A stretch of 63,668 nt of DNA, filler included, from Basidiobolus meristosporus CBS 931.73 (taxonomy: Eukaryota; Fungi; Basidiobolomycota), in assembly GCA_002104905.1 (NCBI GenBank). It is 4 parts of 4 records of this genome, joined end to end, with 100 filler letters (N's around TTAATTAATTAA, not from the genome) between each part and the next. Parts side by side here need not be neighbours in the genome. Positions count along the whole stretch, not along the records: positions 12,568 to 37,805 come from MCFE01000934.1; 3 more parts are not named here. One strand, written 5' to 3'. The notes beneath the pieces are model-generated. The model searched no databases and was not told where the DNA came from. It saw nothing but the letters and a program-made list of their open reading frames with translations. Position numbers and translations under genes: made by a program. This document shows positions 12,900 through 26,431 of the stretch, in pieces (within the stretch, counting starts at the first letter, position 1; each line of letters begins with the position of its first letter).

Positions 12900-15809
12900 T
12901 TGGTCCCACAGGTGGATCCAATCCAGATCATCCATCAAAATCCCATTTAGAGGCCATCATAATAACAGCAGCTTGGAATTAGTGACCCTCCTGATGATCT
13001 TATAACAAGATCATGACAGTGTTTTGCAAATTTTACAGCCAAATAAAGGGATAAAGCTTGACAATTTTTGATTGGTGCTGTGACAATATTTGCATGGTAA
13101 GGTTGCAGTCTTTCAGTGCTCTATTACTATTTTAAGTGGATCCAGACAGCCAGGACTTCCAATTGCCTTATACGGCAAGAAACTTGATGGTATTTTGATG
13201 GCCTCACAGCAAGACTCTAATGGCATTTTTTTGGCAGTATGACAGCCTACCGCTGGTTCTGTATAATGCTACCATACCAATTTACCAAATGGTATTTCCT
13301 TTTTCTACCTCCCCTTATGCAAATCATGTATATCACTGTAGAATCACCTTTCTTTATTTGCTTACCCACTACTACCTTGGGTATTCCACATATAGTTTGA
13401 ATCAAAAAAAACTATGGCCTCCAACTTACTAACCTCTACAAACATGCACACCTGCTGCAATTGACATACTACTATCACCTCAACTTTATAGCTTTTTAGT
13501 GTGGTACTTGCAGAGTTGCCATATATCTTGTACTGCTGGTAGCATATACATCTTGCAAAGATATGCTTGGTTGTTGCCACTTCTGCCATGAATACCTCCT
13601 GAATATTGGCAAGAACTTCTTGGTATTTAGCCAATATATTCCTTCACCCTACTGGATTCTAATCCCCCTTATAGGTGCACTCTGGCTTTTGTGTGTGTGA
13701 ATTCTGTATTGAATGGTGTAGAAGTTGGCTTGTGACCACAAGAAATCCGGCATATCTTGGTGGAGTTTTCCCAATAAAAATTAGTTGCTTGTTGCACCCA
13801 ACCCAACTTTGCATTACTTAACTGATTACCCATGCATTGGGGCAGCCTAGCTTCTTAATGCCATAGTCATAGGTGTCTCCATGTGTACATTTGTTCTCTG
13901 TATTCTTCAATTCTTTCTGGCTGTCCTCCATGTGCCAACTCATCACATCCATGACAGACTAGAAGGTAATATTCTTGATGTGATTGGGATATGGTAGTTC
14001 CTGCAACTTGACTTGTCTTCCTATCTCCCCATGCATCTGCTCCATAGGAAACTCCCAAAAGGTGAAGCAAGGCCCAATATTCTCCACACACCATGCAAGA
14101 TGGAGTAGAGAATGGATACAGTAGCGGCAGGGATCTATGCTTTCAGCTTTATGTTTGTGGTATGGCTGCTCAAATCCCGTCACAAACTCCTCACACAACA
14201 GCTGTAGATGCGTCAAGTTGGCATTGGTGATCCGCTTCTGGATAAATATTCCTACAATGTCCACATATGACTCCCAATGCTTCCTATATACTCTTGGTAG
14301 GAATGGCTTCAGAACACCACTTGAATAAATAGATATCCAGCTCATCCAGTCTTTGCATTTGTATTGTCACATATGCATATGAATATTATTTGGAGCCTGT
14401 GAGTAGTACTGAGGGTAGTGGATACTCTGCAATATCTTGCCAATTTTTCAAATTTCTCCAGTATCTCAAAGGGCTCATTTAGCTTGAAATGCCTCATGTA
14501 CAACTTGATCATCAGTATAGGGATATTGTTGAAATTCAAATGCATTGCTCCCAGTGAAAAGGTTTTGCTCCAATAGATACTCTCTATCTTAAGTATCTCT
14601 GGTTTCCAATTGATTCCATATTCTGGCTAATAGCATATAGCTTGCCTACTTTGATGCAATTGCATGCTTTCTTATGTACATTCTCTTGCTGGAAAGATGA
14701 TGTTCTTAGTGCTGGTGTTTGGGTAATAATAATATGTGTGAGTCAAGAAGTAAATCCCCTGGATCTCACACATTTGACAGCAATACCATCTATTTTGCCC
14801 AGATAACCTGCTATCTTGTTGATGGCTTGGGTATCTCCAACGCAGATAATAATATGTGCTTTTACATGATGGCCACTTACAGTTATCCTGCTGGAAAGCA
14901 TACAAAATTCATCCAGCTATGGATACAGGTATCTATCCAGGTTGGATGGTGATTTAGGCCCAGATGCCAGTGAGACTACCATCAGATTATTGCTCTGATA
15001 CTATAAGATGGGCGGCACATTCAGATTGATGAGAATCAGGAGTGAGAACAATGTCTTCCCGCAATGGTGGTGGATTCCTGACAATTTGGACATGTTGCAA
15101 TGGTAGCATTTTTGGATGTGAATGCCATGCAACTGTTAGCACATGCTGGAATCAGGACAGTCTCTGGATCATATGTTGCCAGCCACATGATGGTTATCCA
15201 CTTGTACCATGTACATGGTATGTTGCATCCTGGCATGATTTTGGCCAGAAGTAGTAATAAATCTTCAAAGTCCCTATGACTGATATTAGTGGAAATGTGC
15301 CACTTCTCTAGCCACAACATTACATCATTCACCAGTAGATGGATTACTGGGCTCACTTGGCTCCATAAAGTATCCGTGGCTTTTGTTTCAATGTGTGTTG
15401 TCTCATTGCATATAGGGATTTGACCAAGCTCATACATGGTACTGTTGTTAAGGGAGATAGGCTCAAAATCCATCAGTGAGCCTTCTTTGTCAGAGCTATC
15501 ACTCTGTGTGGCATATTCAGAAGGCTGAGGTGAGCCTAAGGGCATCACAAACTCACCTGACTCAGTTTGCGCAAGGTGACAAAAACAGCCAGGTGCCAAT
15601 GTAGAAGTATCAGCTGACTGGCAAGATAATGTTGGTACAGTAGTGACCAATGAATGGTCAAATATGACTTGGGTGGCAAAACACTGGCCGTGATCCTTGT
15701 AATACTTCCTATGCTGTCTGTGTGCTTTATGGCTGAACAGCTTGCCACAATAGCCACATTGTCTTTTTTCTCTTTTCTTACGGCATTGAGTCAAAGTAGT
15801 CTTGTCCAT
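12900..15809 (-). mobile_element. Degenerate CACTA/EnSpm-like (Tnp2-type) transposase gene
   Basis: Fragments include an N-terminal CxxC...H...H, ISHRDFEDLLLLL...NIP, CANSCMAF...CPNCQ and HSLLHLAWCVENIGPCFTFWEFPMEQMHG. Many stops and frameshifts; termini not found. Confidence 0.7.
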
Positions 15810-15899
15810 GGGGCAACAAGTTTGAGCTTCAACAATGTAACACTATTATATCACTTTTTTGTCAATATTCAGGTGAGCTTAAGACAGTCTTGCATTTGA

Positions 15900-17290
15900 G
15901 ACATCACACCTACATGAATGTAAGACTCAATGATGACCCGCCATAGTAAGCATATAAATAAAGTTGTGGCACCACATACACACGTATATGCAACACTATT
16001 TCCCCTTTGGTTTGACTCACCTCCATATATATGCCACCAAAAAATAAAGTAATGTTGTCTGGTTCTCAACCAAGCCCCACTGCTGACAGCAACAGATGAA
16101 TGGTTTGACAACAGCTTGCTTTGACATTCAGTGCAACAAGCAGGGCTATATCCAAAAAAGGCCGTGTGGACAGTGTGCCCATTGAAGGTAATAATGCGGA
16201 CTCTTCAGGCTCTCAGTCAAGTAGGCAATTGAGAACCACTGCAGAACCACAAGCTGACCCTTATGCTCAGGCAGATGAGAATGTAGCAAACACAGTATCC
16301 TCAGTTGAAGATCGGCAAGTGGTCATGATAACATCACCACCACCCATATTAGCAAGTATGTTGTCAGCTCATACGAAAGCATTAATAAAGCAATTAGGTG
16401 CAGTGGCTGATAGGATAGATGCAATGGCCCAAAGAAGTGAGTAAGTAGTCCAGAAACAGGATGAGCAGATAATACATGTAGAGCAATCAATATCCCAGGT
16501 AGAGAAAGCAGTATATTTGCTGCAAAGAAGGAACTCAAGTAGCTCAATTTCACAGCCAAGAATTGAGCCATTTCCGGATGTAACAGCAGAGGAACACTGT
16601 ACAGTCTTTGAAGCACAACAACAGTGCCCAAAGATAAAGCCAACAGAAAAACCTATCACAGCATGGCAGGGAGACAATGTGGTTATTATACCAAAGCCTT
16701 AAAATCAAAAGACATTGAAGTTCAGTGAAGCCATTGAGTGCCATAATAAACAGTGGGCTAATATACAAGAGGCTGTCAGAAATCAAGCATGCCATCACCT
16801 CAAGGCCATCATACCATGGGACCATCAGGAGCTCAAGGCCAAGCAGAATGCACTTGACTTGCTCCATGAGCATTATCCAGGATTCAAACAGTCAAACAGA
16901 TTTTGGGCCAACATTGGTATGCTGAGAAAGTATCTTTAGAATAGCAGAAACTATCCATGGCAGAAGAACAAGGATGCCATGGCTAAAAACCAGCGGTTTC
17001 CTCAAGAGCCTGTTACAAGCTGGGCCAAAAGCTCCAGGCAAGCATCAGAGAGATGTCAGGCAGCTGGAAGAGTGCCAATTAAGGATAAGCAGGCAGACAT
17101 GAATGCACCAGCACAACATTTATTGGGGAAAAAGCGCATTACTGCTCAAGAAGCACCCGGTCAATGTAGCAGTGAAGGACCTGGCATTGATAAAACCAGC
17201 TGCTTTTACAGGAGCCCGTCACAACTACGGTTGAGAGCTCAAAACAAGCTGAAAAGAAATGTCAGGTTGCCAGAAGAGTGCCAGTAAGAG
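15900..17290 (+). pseudogene. Divergent companion ORF of the CACTA-like element (fragmented)
   Basis: ORF pieces 16121-16444, 16517-16702, 16715-16939 and 16979-17287 lie head-to-head with the transposase; the same arrangement recurs at ~22900-24500. Confidence 0.5.
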
Positions 17291-17760
17291 ACAAGCAAGC
17301 CAGAACAGATGTGTTAGAGCAGAATTTATCAAGGAGAAAACATAGTTCTTTACAAGAAGCACTCATACAAAGTAGCAGTGAAAGACCTAGCAGAGATAAA
17401 GGAAAAGGTAAAGTAAAAATGTCTACCCAAGCCTGAGACAGGAAGGCAAGCAAAAAAAACTGCAGTTCTTCCCAATTAACACTGCAAGCTAGGAACAGAC
17501 TGAATCCCATCATAGCCAAGAAGAATTACCAACAAGAAAACAGCTGTTTTCACAAGAGTTGGAAGCATAGCCAGTTGAGCTACACTCTAGCAAGGTAGAT
17601 GAGTTTGCTAAAAATGCAATTGTTTACCACAGCCTCCACAGCCTCCATTGTTGACAGAGTGGAGATCCCACTGACAGACAAGGCTACAATGTCAAGAGCT
17701 CAAAAGACTTTCACAATGCCTTTAGTGGAGTTTTGAAACATTAATAGGCACATTGAGAGG

Positions 17761-18096
17761 TTGCAGCACTTCTTCAAGAGCAGTGCTCAAGAAAACGCAC
17801 TGGTATATAGCAAGGACTTATTGCAAAGACTGGCAGATGAGGAGCTAGACGTTGCAGTGCGGTCTGAAGACCAGGATGTGTGGGAACCCTTGAATGAACA
17901 GTGGCATAAAGCCGTTGGGTTCCCGTCAAAGTTGCGGAACCAGAGCGTTACAGCAGAAATACTTATTCAGTGGTGGATTTTGATGGATTTACTTGTTGAG
18001 TGTGGGGTTCAGCTTAATGTTAGTGTAGGGTATAGTGACTTGTACAGGTCAATACAATTGGCAATCAAGGTACAACTGAAGTTTCAATGGAAATAA
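17761..18096 (+). pseudogene. Uncharacterised TE-associated ORF, copy 1
   Basis: LLQRLADEELDVAVRSEDQDVWE...LLVECGVQLNVSVGYSDLY is homologous to sequence at ~26170-26430 (+) and 31191-31571 (-). Confidence 0.5.
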
Positions 18097-18701
18097 ATCA
18101 ATTAGTACGCATGAAAAGTAAGAGAAACAGTTGGGTCAGGAAGTAAGGAGCGTGAAAAAGAGGCAATAGCCAATCAATTCACACAAACTTAGGAGGCAAT
18201 AGAGTGTCTGGGATCAGAAAGTGAGTAAATTGGCAGGGAACCAATCAAAAGCCACTTATACATTGTTGTGATGAAAAATTTTGATAAAGTTTAGACTTGT
18301 TCCATTGCATAGTGCCAAATGATGCCATAGTGTGCCAGAGAGGTCAAGTGAGCCTATACTTGACCACAGAGTGTGAAACATAGCTCTGCATCTTCATGTA
18401 AAGCAGCCCCTGTGTTTTACCCATTGCGCAGGAGAAAATCCACTTTTTGACCTTTTTTTTTTGGATCAATATAGCTCAGGATGTGTTAGAGCACAGGAGA
18501 GCTGAAGATATGCATCTGGTACTCAATGCCCATGGCACTCTGAATCTAGCTCCTGTAGCTTGTATCATGTCACAAAAATGAATGGCACTTTCTTGGTCCA
18601 CTGGTACTATCTGGCACTTTAAGTGCTTTGTATAGCTCTTACTTTGAGGCTAATATTTAAATATAGTGCCAGATAGTACCAGTGGACCAAGATAGTGCCA
18701 T

Positions 18702-19436
18702 TCATTTTTGTGACATGATACAAGTGTGCTCTACCCTTACTCTGAAATGATTAAATATCTCATTGTAGAGCTTCTGCTTCCTGCTAAGCACACCATTCCT
18801 TGGCTTCCTATAAGCTGTAATACATCCTAATCTCTGACAATCCTCTCCTATATAGGCCAAGTCTGCCATACATTTCTCCCCTCTACTGAATTCAGGATGA
18901 TTCTCTACCCAGAGTGCTTTGTCATGCCTACTTCCAGCAAATGGCCCACTAAACCAGATGATGTTACCCTCAATGTCAGACAGTGCTTGAAACTTCACAC
19001 AGTGTGCCTTGTACTTGCCAGAATAAAAGTGCCTCTGCCCTCTAGAAGGTCTGTTAATCCTCACTGGGAAGGTATCCAAAATACTCCTGATATGGAACCT
19101 GTTGCTGAACACTCTGGGATATGGAAGTCTATTGGAGCTTCTGAACCTAGTATTCCAAGCTTGCTCTAAGTCATTCATACCCTCTGCAAGGTGGTTCTCC
19201 ATTGCTGTCAGCTGGGAATGAAAGCTTCTAGGACTTTTGTTGCCATGGATGGTGGGATGAAACCTTGTAGGGCAATAGTTCTTGTAATAGCAGAGAAGCT
19301 TAACAAGGGATCTCCTTGAGTAGATTGGGGTTGATGGTCCACAGTACTTGGAATAGATCTCCTCCAGTGTGTCAAAAGGAAATCCAGTGGTAGTGATGGG
19401 ATTGATGAGAAAAGACCATTCAGATGAGTAAGTCAT
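18702..19436 (-). pseudogene. DDE_Tnp_4-type transposase, 3'-truncated
   Basis: Same protein as 34484-35368 up to RVRVEHT, then fused to MITE sequence near 18722 (ends CIMSQK*). Confidence 0.85.
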
Positions 19437-19795
19437 ATTAAAATTGATGGATGATCGTATGGAGGCGGTTTGAATTGATTCGGCGCGATCTGCGTTATTT
19501 ATCTGATTTTTAACACATTATGGTTAAATCTCCATCAATTGCCATGTATCCCATCATTATGTCGCAAAAATCATCCGCAAACAATGCCTTGGTACTTTTA
19601 TTGATGCTTTAATCATAGGTCTATAATCAAATAGGAAATCTGCGATTGATGTGATCTGATCCGTGTCAACGTGATCTGAGATGCATCATGCATAATATAT
19701 GGAAAATTCAACAATCACTTTAGTTTTCATATATATTTCATATAAGACCAGGTTGATGCCAATATACTGCTGTATAAGTATCCAAATCTGTTGCT

Positions 19796-21875
19796 ATGGT
19801 CCCCATACCAAGCCTCAACTCATCTTTAGTACAACCCAGACAAAACCCATCCCCCAGCTCACAAGCGCAGTCCGGACCGGAAAGGTTGATGTTGGATCTG
19901 TTTGAGTTCTTGCTAAATGATTTTAGTATGGCCCAAGTGTCTATGATGAGCCTTCATACAGATATTTGGGCACTACTGATTAATCTAGCAGAACTAGATA
20001 CCTCAGAGAGTCGACAAAGATGGAAGAATTTGAGTAGAAAGCTGTGGCATGAGTTCTACATCAAGATGCCAGCCGATGTATGTAAAAAGATATATAACAA
20101 GACAAGTATTGAAATCAAGAATGAGCTGAGAGTGAGGGGATTTGACAAGGAAGCCGCGTGGGAACGATTTTGCGCGCAATTTGCACAGTACGGGCCGGAC
20201 GCGTCCGTTCATGCATCAACTTTGGGAACCAAAGAGATTTTGAATGAGTTTTTGCCTCAAATGACTAATGTACTACGTGATATATTAGTAGAGCTAAGTG
20301 GCTTCCGAGAGCAATATACACAGGACTCATCCAGGCAACAGCTCCAAAGTATCAGACAGAGGGTAAGTGAATACCTTGCGGAATCAGATGGTGAGCTTCA
20401 GGAGGAAGAATACAGACCGTGAGCAACATTGTCCAGATCATGCCAGCACGCCTTGCTGGATTCCCTACCATCTCTTGCAACCACAGCACGCCGGCGCACG
20501 TCAGTCCAGACCACGCCAACACCCTTTACCAGAACGCCCCGCGTCGAGTCAACACGCATTGAGTCAACGCGCGTTGGGTCAACGCGCGCGCTTCAGAGCA
20601 AAACAACCAGAACTCGCCAAACTGCTCATTTAGACACAAGTCCATTGGAGCGGACCAAGTCGCGTCAACATGCGGCATCACATTGAACTCAGCCAAGGGC
20701 CATCTCAACGCGTCAAGGCGCGCCTGCGCGTGCTGTTTTGCCTGACCATCAGCGAGTTACTTCTGGTGAACTGACTGATGATGACCAACATGAAGTGACT
20801 CAACCACCGGAGCCCTTGGCAAGTAAAAGAACGTGTCAGCGTGTGGCACTACAGGCCGGTGTGGTGGTGTAGAGGTACTCCTGGGAGTAGCTACACAACT
20901 CAAGGTGTGTGAGGTGTCTGATGGGTGCAATAACCTCTGTGTCTAAACTGCTGGTGTCTTTGTCAATATGTCACTATGGTAAAAGCTCCTGCTTCTCTAG
21001 CTTCCTAGGTGCTCCAAGTGTCTCCAAAGGCCTCTGTGTGTCTTGTGCACTACCCTGAAAAGCTCCTTGATGGCAGGTCTGAGATGTACTGTTGAAGGCA
21101 GGTGCAGTGATCAACTGCTAATCAATAAGGTAGAAGTGTTACTGATAGAAGGGATGATTTATTGATGAGGGATTGCTTTCCCTTAAATACTTTTCCTGAT
21201 TGCCAAGTGATTACTAATGACAAGGTTCTAGAAGATTCTAGGTATCAGTGGAATTCTTGATGACATCACTATGAGCTAAAAATATGCCAAGAATGTCCTG
21301 GAAGGTTCTAAAAGGCACAGCACTCTCAACCAATCAGGAATCAGTAGTCTGAAACCTGTGCAACATAGAAATACCATATATGGTATTGAAATGGTAGAGA
21401 TGGTAACACAGACCTAGGTCATGTGTCACGGGTACTGACGCGGGTACTTGCCTTATATAGATACATCTACTGATCACAAAGCTGAATAACATCTGGGATA
21501 ACTAATGCTAATAACTAATCAGGGTAAACATCATATGGGGATAGTACTGATAATATGGGCAAGAGAAGAATGGGATAATACTGATAAGATAAAATATGGA
21601 TAAGTATGTCATAATGACTATATGAATAAACTTGTCTGTGGGAGGTATGTTTACCCTACCACACCGGTTCAGTTGGTTCAGTTGGTTCAGTCGGAGCAAT
21701 TCAGCGCGGCCAAGCTGCAGCATCGCACTCATCAACTAGGAGGCAAAATACTGACTACAAATACACAAGTAGCCAAGATGATAGTCAGCCAGGAAGTAGT
21801 ATAGGTGTGCAAAGTGAGTCACTACCAAATGCTTCAGTAGTAATCCCTGTGAGAAAAAAACCCAGGAGAAGATGA
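19796..21875 (+). pseudogene. PHIS ORF2 copy disrupted by a TGA and a solo LTR
   Basis: Matches 35728-36999; TGA at 20420-20422; LTR insertion at 20860-21663. Confidence 0.8.
20860..21663. mobile_element. Solo LTR, Ty3/gypsy family related to the LTRs at 44223 and 50334
   Basis: TGTGGTGG...CTACCACA termini; 4-bp TSD CCGG on both sides; empty site visible in the sister copy near 36788. Confidence 0.9.
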
Positions 21876-22869
21876 TGCAATTGCTTTGAATCGCTCACAT
21901 TTGTAATGATCCCGACAACCCTTTTTTTTTGCAATCCAAATCAAGCCATTGCAAATCAGTGATCATCAAATTTTTGATATAAGTAATATCAAGGTTGTCT
22001 CACATTTGAGACAGAACCCCTATAAATAAACACCCTGCATATATATACGTCATCTGTAATACCAGTGCAGCTATTGGATCTGTTTTGTACCTACACGATT
22101 GCTTGCGTGCTAGCTATGACACCTTGCCCAATCACTAGGATCAGGGATTTACTTGCTCAATGGGCAAAATGGGATATTTGATGGCAAATCAGGTAGCTTT
22201 TTCAGTAGTCAATGAGCCAATTGGGGGCTGCCAGCTTTAGGATACTTTTGGACCAATTAACCACTGAGATACCGTCCAATTGGAGTGAGGGTAACCAAAA
22301 TGGTAAGTATCAGTGTAGTTTATAGTGTGATACACATTTATTTCCATTTACATTAAAGAAACATATCCAAATACCGGATTTTACCTGCCATTATAGCGGT
22401 ATCCAAGCGCGCACGTGATGCAAGCATTACAAGTTGGCGCAATCATCCGCGCCAACCTCATCGTGTCAGATTGTGCCATAGTGTGCAAGATTGTCCCGCA
22501 TAGTGCAAAATTGTCCAAGAACAATCCTGCCTTCTGGTAGCTATTATATATATATATATCTTTGGGGGGAGAGTACTTTTGGGGTTGGATATATCTGCAC
22601 TCTCTGGCACACTATGGCATCATTTGGCACTCATGGCTCAATGTGGCACTATCCAACGGAACAGGTCTAGTGTCCAGGATCAGAAAGTGAGCAAATTGGC
22701 AGGGAACCAATCAAAAGCCACTTATACATTGTTGTGATGAAAAATTTTGATAAAGTTTTTGTGAAATCTGGGGGGCTATTATATCTCAACAGTCTCTGGA
22801 CAGTGTCCTGACAAGATCAGTACCGCTTAGTCTTGGCACATTAACTTTGTGACAGCCTTTTGATGAGAT

Positions 22870-24500
22870 CATCTTAAAAATTTTTTGTAGGGAAACACTG
22901 GCCATGATCCTTGTAATAATTCCTATGCTGTCTGCAAGCTTCATGGCTGAACAGCTTGCCACATTAGCCACATGGTCTTTTTTCTCTTCTCTTATAGTGT
23001 TGAGTCAAGGTAGTCTTGTCCATGGGGCAAACAGTTTGACCTTCAACAATGTGATGCTATTATATCACTTTTTGGTCAATACTCATGTGAACTTAAGACA
23101 GTCTTGTATTTGAGACAATGCACCTCCATGAATGTAAGATTCAATGATGACCTGCCACAGTAAGTATTATAAACAAAGTTGTGGCACCACATACACATGC
23201 ATATGTAATACCACTTCCCCTTTGGTCTGGCTCACTTCCATATATATGCAGCCAAAAAACAATGCAAAGTTGTCTAGTTCCCAACTAAACCCAAGAGCTG
23301 ATGGCAGCAGAAGAACAGTTGGACAACAGCTTGCTTTGACATTCATTGCAACAAGCAGAACTACATCCAAAGAGGCTATGTTGACAGTGTGACCATTAAA
23401 GGTAATAATGCAGACTTCCCAGGCTCTCTGCCAAGTGGGCAATTGAGAATCTTTGCAGAGCCACAAGCTGACCATTATGCTCAGGCCAATGAGAGTGTAG
23501 CAAATGCATACCTGCATTTGAAGACCAACAAGTGGGTGTCGTAACATCACCATCACCCATATTAGTAAGTATGCTGTCAGCTCATACCAAAGCATTAACA
23601 AAGCAATCAGGTATAGTGGCCAATAGGATAGATGTAATGGCCCAGGGAAGTCAGGAAATAGTCAAGAAGCACAATGAACAGATAATATTTGTAGATCAAT
23701 CAATATCCCAGGTAGAGAAATCAGTATCTTTGCTGCAAAGAAGGAACTGCATTATCTCAATATCACAGCCAAGAGCTGAGTCATTTACTTATGCAACAGC
23801 AGTAGAACACCATACAGTCTTTGAAGCACTTCAACAGTGCCTACAGATAAAGCCATTGGCAAAATGTATCACAGCATGGGAGGGAGGCAATGTGGTGTTT
23901 GTACAAAAGCCTGAAATCAAAAGAAATTGTAGATCTATGAAGCTGTCAAGTGCAATAAAGAAGAGTGGGCTAATATTTAAAAGGCTGTCAGAAGTCTATC
24001 ACACCATCACCTTAAGGCCAGCACATCATAGGACCATCAAGAGCTTAAGTCCGCGCAGAATACAATGGACTTGTTCCATGAGCGTTATCCTGGCTTCAAA
24101 CAGGCTAACAGATTTTTGGGTAGCATTGGTTTGCTAAGAAAATATCCTCAGAATAGCAGAAACTATAAAAGGCAGAAGAACAAGGGTACCATGGCTGAAA
24201 GCCAGTGGCTTCCTCAAGAGCCTGTGACAAGCAGAGCAAAAAGCTCCAAACAAGCATCAAAGAGATGTTAGGTAGCTGGAAGAGTGCATTCAAGGAACAA
24301 GCAGACAGACACAGATGCTTCAGCACAACATTTATGAAGGAAAAAGCAAAGAAACACTCAAGAAGCACTCAGCCAAAGTAGCAGTGAAGGACCTGGCAGT
24401 GATAAAAACTAGCAGCTTTTTCAGGAGCCCATCACAACTACTGCTAAGTGCTCAAATAAGCAGAATAGAAATATCAGGCTGGCAGAAGTGTGGTAATGAA
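22870..24500. mobile_element. Second decayed copy of the CACTA-like head-to-head region
   Basis: Nucleotide and peptide similarity to ~15680-17250 (for example ACACTGGCC.TGATCCTTGTAATA and the YPGFKQ.NRF peptide). Confidence 0.7.
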
Positions 24501-25184
24501 AAATATTTCATTATTACAATATCTCAAAACCAATAATGCACTTATTTCTTCATTTTGGTTTTGCTACTTTAACACACAAGTGCAAGATCAAGTATTTCCA
24601 ACTTTGAAGAACAAATGCACCAGACCCTGACAAGCAAGTCACTCAAGAGTATAGTGTTGTGCAGAGCACACAGTGGCCAACACACATTGCAGTTTACAGC
24701 TCATTTAAAGCAGTACCTCAGGAGTATGATCAAAAGAGTCCAATTATCATGTATACTAGGCCTCCATTGCTAGATTTACTATGGTGACTTTGATTATATA
24801 TAACTTAAGAACCAGCCAATCAGATCATGTAAAATCTTGCAGGTGCTGTGCCTATGTTTGATCTTTGCCACTACAAAATTTTAGCTTTGTATCACATATA
24901 TTGCTTATGCAATCACCCAAAAACTTTGAGCCTTCATAGTTTTCATCTATATGCCTTCCCTAACTGAAAAATCAAAAGAGAGCCTCTCTTTCCCAATTCT
25001 ACACACTACATTTACAAGCTCAAAGGCTATAAGACTTCACTTGCATCACTTGCACTGTTGAGTATTCTGACTTTGATTGGTACTGCATCAGTAAAGAGAC
25101 TGCAAAGCTCACAAGAATATAATCTAGGTTCTACAAGAAAATTACCACTTTTCTGCTGAAAAGTCCTCTCTGAAAACCCTTTTG

Positions 25185-25370
25185 CCCTAAAGACACCCCT
25201 TTGACACCCCTTTACTCTAAAGAAGCCTGTTTACGCATCCATTTAGTGTAAAATCCACTTTAGAGACCACTACTAGAAGCCCACTTACTCTAAAGAGACC
25301 CCTTAGACACCCCATTAGGTCTAAAGACTCCTTTGGAGACTTCTACACCACACTCCTTTAGGCTAAAGGG
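25185..25370. repeat. Degenerate short-unit tandem array (CTAAAGA..CCC.TT-like)
   Basis: Repeated CTAAAGA, GACACCCC and CCTTT motifs over ~190 bp. Confidence 0.55.
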
Positions 25371-26431
25371 GAGTTCACAATTTTCATTTTGGGAAATTTT
25401 TCTCAAAATGGAAGGTGACTTCTAAATAAGCAAAATTTGCTATAAAAATAAATGCACCCAGTAGTCAACAGAAACTCAGAACACTGCTGTAGTTGTGAGA
25501 AACACTGCCTATAATATATTCTGAGCCTGAGATTGAGGATATTAGTGATAGTTATATCTTCTATTGGTATGCCAAACTCGCTATAAACTATTTCAGTATT
25601 AGCATACTGGAGGCTGTTGCATATTGTTGATTAGCCTCAACATTGTAGAACAAGCCCAATCCTAATCATAATGAAACACAACAAAAGAGTTCCAGCAAGG
25701 GACAAGGAGGCCAAAACAGATGCATCAGAGCAGAATTTATCAAGGAGGGAATGTAGCTCATGACAGGAACCACTCTGACAAAGCAGTAGTGAAAGACTTG
25801 GTAGTGACCAGGGAAAAGGCAAAGCAAGATATGTCTTCCTAACCCTGAGACAGGGAAGCATATAAAAAAAACAGCTGTTCTTGCCAATTAACACCGCAAG
25901 CCTGGAATGGACTGGGTCCCATCATAGCTAAGGAGAGTTACCAACAAGAATACAGCTGTTTTCACAAGTGTTGGAAGGGTGGGCAGTTGAGCAACACTGC
26001 AGCAAGGTAGATGATGTTGCAGAGAAAGGCAATTTGTCTACCACAGCCTCCACATCTTCCATTGCCAACAGAGTGGAGATCCCACTGACAGACTAGGCTA
26101 CAGTGTCAAGGACTCAGAAGTCTACTGCAATGCCTTTGGTGGAATTTTGGAACACTAATAGGTAGACCAAGAGGTTGCAGTACTTCATCAAGAGCAGTGC
26201 TTAAGAAATGCACTTGAATATTGCAAGAGTTTATTGCAAAGACCGGCAGATGAGGTGCTTGACCTTGCAGTGCCAGCTGAAGACCAGGACATGTGGGAAT
26301 CAATGTTTGAACAGTGGCATAAAGCTGTTGTATTCCTGCTAAAGTTATGGACACAGAGTGCTACCGCAGAAATACTTATTTAGTGGTAGATTATACTGGT
26401 GTTACTTGTTGAGTATGGGGTTGGGCTTAAT

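Larger units (their letters stand above)
18293..22668. mobile_element. Chimeric PHIS-family TIR element (MITE arm fused to a copy of the 34301-37742 element)
   Basis: TIRs AGACTTGTTCC (18293) and GGAACAGGTCT (22668). The interior ~18722-22548 matches ~34655-37670. Flanked by a 90-bp direct repeat. Confidence 0.8.
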
